The position numbers were made by a program, and so were the translations under genes. A model generated the notes under the pieces. It was not told where the DNA came from, searched no databases, and was given only the letters and a program-made list of their open reading frames with translations. DNA of 64,000 bases, from the NCBI GenBank assembly GCA_963693365.1, contig CAVNZM010000012.1, forward strand, positions 3,671,617 through 3,735,616. Reading direction: 5' to 3'. This DNA comes from Amoebidium appalachense. Taxonomy: Eukaryota; Protista; Ichthyosporea. Positions 62,177 to 64,000 of this stretch are shown here, in pieces. Numbering within the stretch: the stretch's first letter is position 1; each line of letters starts with the position of its first letter.

Positions 62177-63358
62177 ATGGATTCTTGGAAAGAGGAGCTT
62201 CAACAGCTGCAGAAGCGCTTTGATTTTCTGTACACGGACCATTCGTCTCGCTTAACGGCCCTGCACACCGACGTCACCAGCCTCCGCACCGACCTCACCA
62301 GCCTCCGCAGTCAAGTGACCAATGAGAATGCTGCGCGTACCCCCCGACCCCCCCAACCCCAGCCCTCTGATGTAGAGGCACGACTGAGGGCAGCCGAAGA
62401 GCAGATCAAGACCCTGCAGGCCGAGCTTGCCAGCCTGCAACGGGCTGCAGCACCCCACCGGGATGGCCAGGTGGCCTATGAAAACTACATTTTCAGTGGC
62501 CCTTGCAAGACTACCCCTGTGGCCATGACCACCACTGTGACTGCCCCCACCCCTGCCGCCAAGACCGCCCCTGTGACTGCCCCCACCCCTGCCGCCAAGA
62601 CCACTCCTGTGACTGCCCCCACCCCTGCCGCCAAGACCGCCCCTGTGACTGCCCCCACCCCTGCCGCCAAGACCGCCCCTGTGACTGCCCCCACCCCTGC
62701 CGCCAAGACCGCCCCTGCCAAGACCACCCCTACCACCAAGACCACTCCTGCCAAGACCACCCCTACCACCAAGACCACTCCTGCCAAGACCACCCCTACC
62801 ACCAAGACCACTCCTGCCAAGACCACCCCTGCCGCTAAGCCCAGGCCCAAGCACACCAAAACACCTGAGACTTCGTTGCATGACCATACGATGGAACTCG
62901 ATGCACAGCTAACTAGTGTGAGGGGGGAGCTCCAGAATGCTCGAGAGCGTGTCAAAGAGGCAAAGGCGGCTGAAGATGAAATGGCGGAGGGCCTGGCCAT
63001 TGCTGCTGTGTGTGCAGCCCAAAACACCATAAAAAGCATCCGAAGGAAGATTCTGCGACGGGAGAAGAACTTGAAGGCATACACAGGTGGTAATGAGTCT
63101 GTCTCTTCACCTGCCTCACCCGCCAAACGCGTCCATGATCAATGCGATTGGGACTCAGATGAAGCATTCAACCCCAAGCGGCTCAAACAACGGGCAAATC
63201 AGGTACTCGATGATATGACAGATGACGAATCTGCGTCTGATCGTGAGTCGGTCGTGTATGACCGCAAACCTGAACCCAAACATAAACAAACTGAAGAAAT
63301 TCCCCTCATTGATCTTGACCAGGAAGAGTTTGACCAGTATGAGCATGAGATGTACTGA
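62177..63358 (+). CDS. Intronless hypothetical protein (393 aa): coiled coils, T/P/A/K repeats, basic NLS-like motifs, acidic tail
   Basis: Long ORF with heptad-like segments (LTALHTDVTSLRTDLTSLRSQV; VEARLRAAEEQIKTLQAELASLQ; LDAQLTSVRGELQNARERVKE), 5x VTAPTPAAKT(A/T)P, 3x PAKTTPTTKTT and PAKR/PKRLKQR. TATA box upstream. Confidence 0.7.
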   Translation: MDSWKEELQQLQKRFDFLYTDHSSRLTALHTDVTSLRTDLTSLRSQVTNENAARTPRPPQPQPSDVEARLRAAEEQIKTLQAELASLQRAAAPHRDGQVAYENYIFSGPCKTTPVAMTTTVTAPTPAAKTAPVTAPTPAAKTTPVTAPTPAAKTAPVTAPTPAAKTAPVTAPTPAAKTAPAKTTPTTKTTPAKTTPTTKTTPAKTTPTTKTTPAKTTPAAKPRPKHTKTPETSLHDHTMELDAQLTSVRGELQNARERVKEAKAAEDEMAEGLAIAAVCAAQNTIKSIRRKILRREKNLKAYTGGNESVSSPASPAKRVHDQCDWDSDEAFNPKRLKQRANQVLDDMTDDESASDRESVVYDRKPEPKHKQTEEIPLIDLDQEEFDQYEHEMY

Positions 63359-63759
63359 TTTGATTGGTCGACTAAGTGGCATTCTCTTTTGATTTGTATT
63401 TGAATTGATCGGTCTTGATTTATTTGTTTCCTTTCTCTTTTAGTTTGTATTTGAATATACTCGGTCCAAGTTGATTTGTTCTTTGTAATCTGACTAGACT
63501 ATCATGTACGTACTTACTCTTTTTCTATACAATCACTTGTGTTCATATTAAAGGATTCTGTGTACGTGGACCACGGAAACATACACCATTTTTTGCAGTG
63601 CTTCATGCTATAAAATAACCATGAGAGACACAAACAAATACACTAAGTGTGTACACGTCTACCCATAGGCCCAAGTGTTGACATGTCTGCCCACAGTTCC
63701 CTAAGGCTTAAAGCACACATCTGCCTGTATGCCATAAACTTTACTTTCACCACAAGACA

Positions 63760-64000
63760 CCCACCTAAGTACACGTCTGCACCACCCTAAGTACACTGTG
63801 GTGCACAGCCCCACCCTAAGTACACGTCTGCACCACCCTAAGTACACTGTGGTGCACTGCACCACCCTGACTTAGTACACTCTGCACCACCTAGTACACG
63901 TCTGCACCACCCTAAGTACACGTCTGCACCACCCTAAGTACACTCTGCACCACCCTAAGTACACGTCTGCACCACCCTAAGTACACCTCTGCACCACCTA
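63760..64000. repeat. 22-bp minisatellite (CCACCCTAAGTACACGTCTGCA), running off the window end
   Basis: About ten perfect or variant units from 63760 to the end; degenerate precursors from about 63640. Confidence 0.9.

Noticed and set aside
62252-63126. Minus-strand and alternative-frame ORFs (Gly/Arg-rich, Val/Ala-rich, Cys/His-rich)
   Set aside because: They are shadow frames of the coding repeats in ORF 62177-63358, which has the promoter, Kozak context and non-repetitive flanks.
63760-64000. True telomere
   Set aside because: CCCTAA is only part of a 22-bp unit and is on the wrong strand for a right-hand chromosome end.

Overview
Eukaryotic genomic DNA with canonical GT-AG spliceosomal introns. 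The introns are packed with poly-C/poly-G runs and (CA)/(GT)/(GA)/(TC) microsatellites, so almost all ORFs in the supplied track are low-complexity artefacts. Splicing exons by hand with consistent phases gives seven host genes in 1-56.5 kb: the 3' end of an unknown gene (+); an Sfp/Lys5-type phosphopantetheinyl transferase (-, one-base homopolymer frameshift); an 18-exon secreted PA-domain + PNGase F-like protein (+); a cytochrome P450 with an atypical I-helix (-); an E. coli RibC-like riboflavin synthase with four introns (+); an S28 serine peptidase (+) carrying an intronic tRNA-Tyr; and a MARK/SIK-like kinase with a UBA domain (-). The gene mix suggests a unicellular opisthokont, possibly a holozoan (inference only). 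At about 57 kb the microsatellites vanish and a mobile or virus-like block runs off the window end. It holds a hAT-type MITE with an 8-bp target-site duplication, two near-identical intronless PD-(D/E)XK nuclease-like ORFs bracketed by short direct repeats, a perfect 92-bp palindrome-rich tandem array, an intronless coiled-coil/TPxK-repeat ORF and a 22-bp minisatellite. A dispersed short element ending in a C-run recurs in introns, in the sense orientation of its host gene. Exon coordinates were read by eye and no database search was possible.
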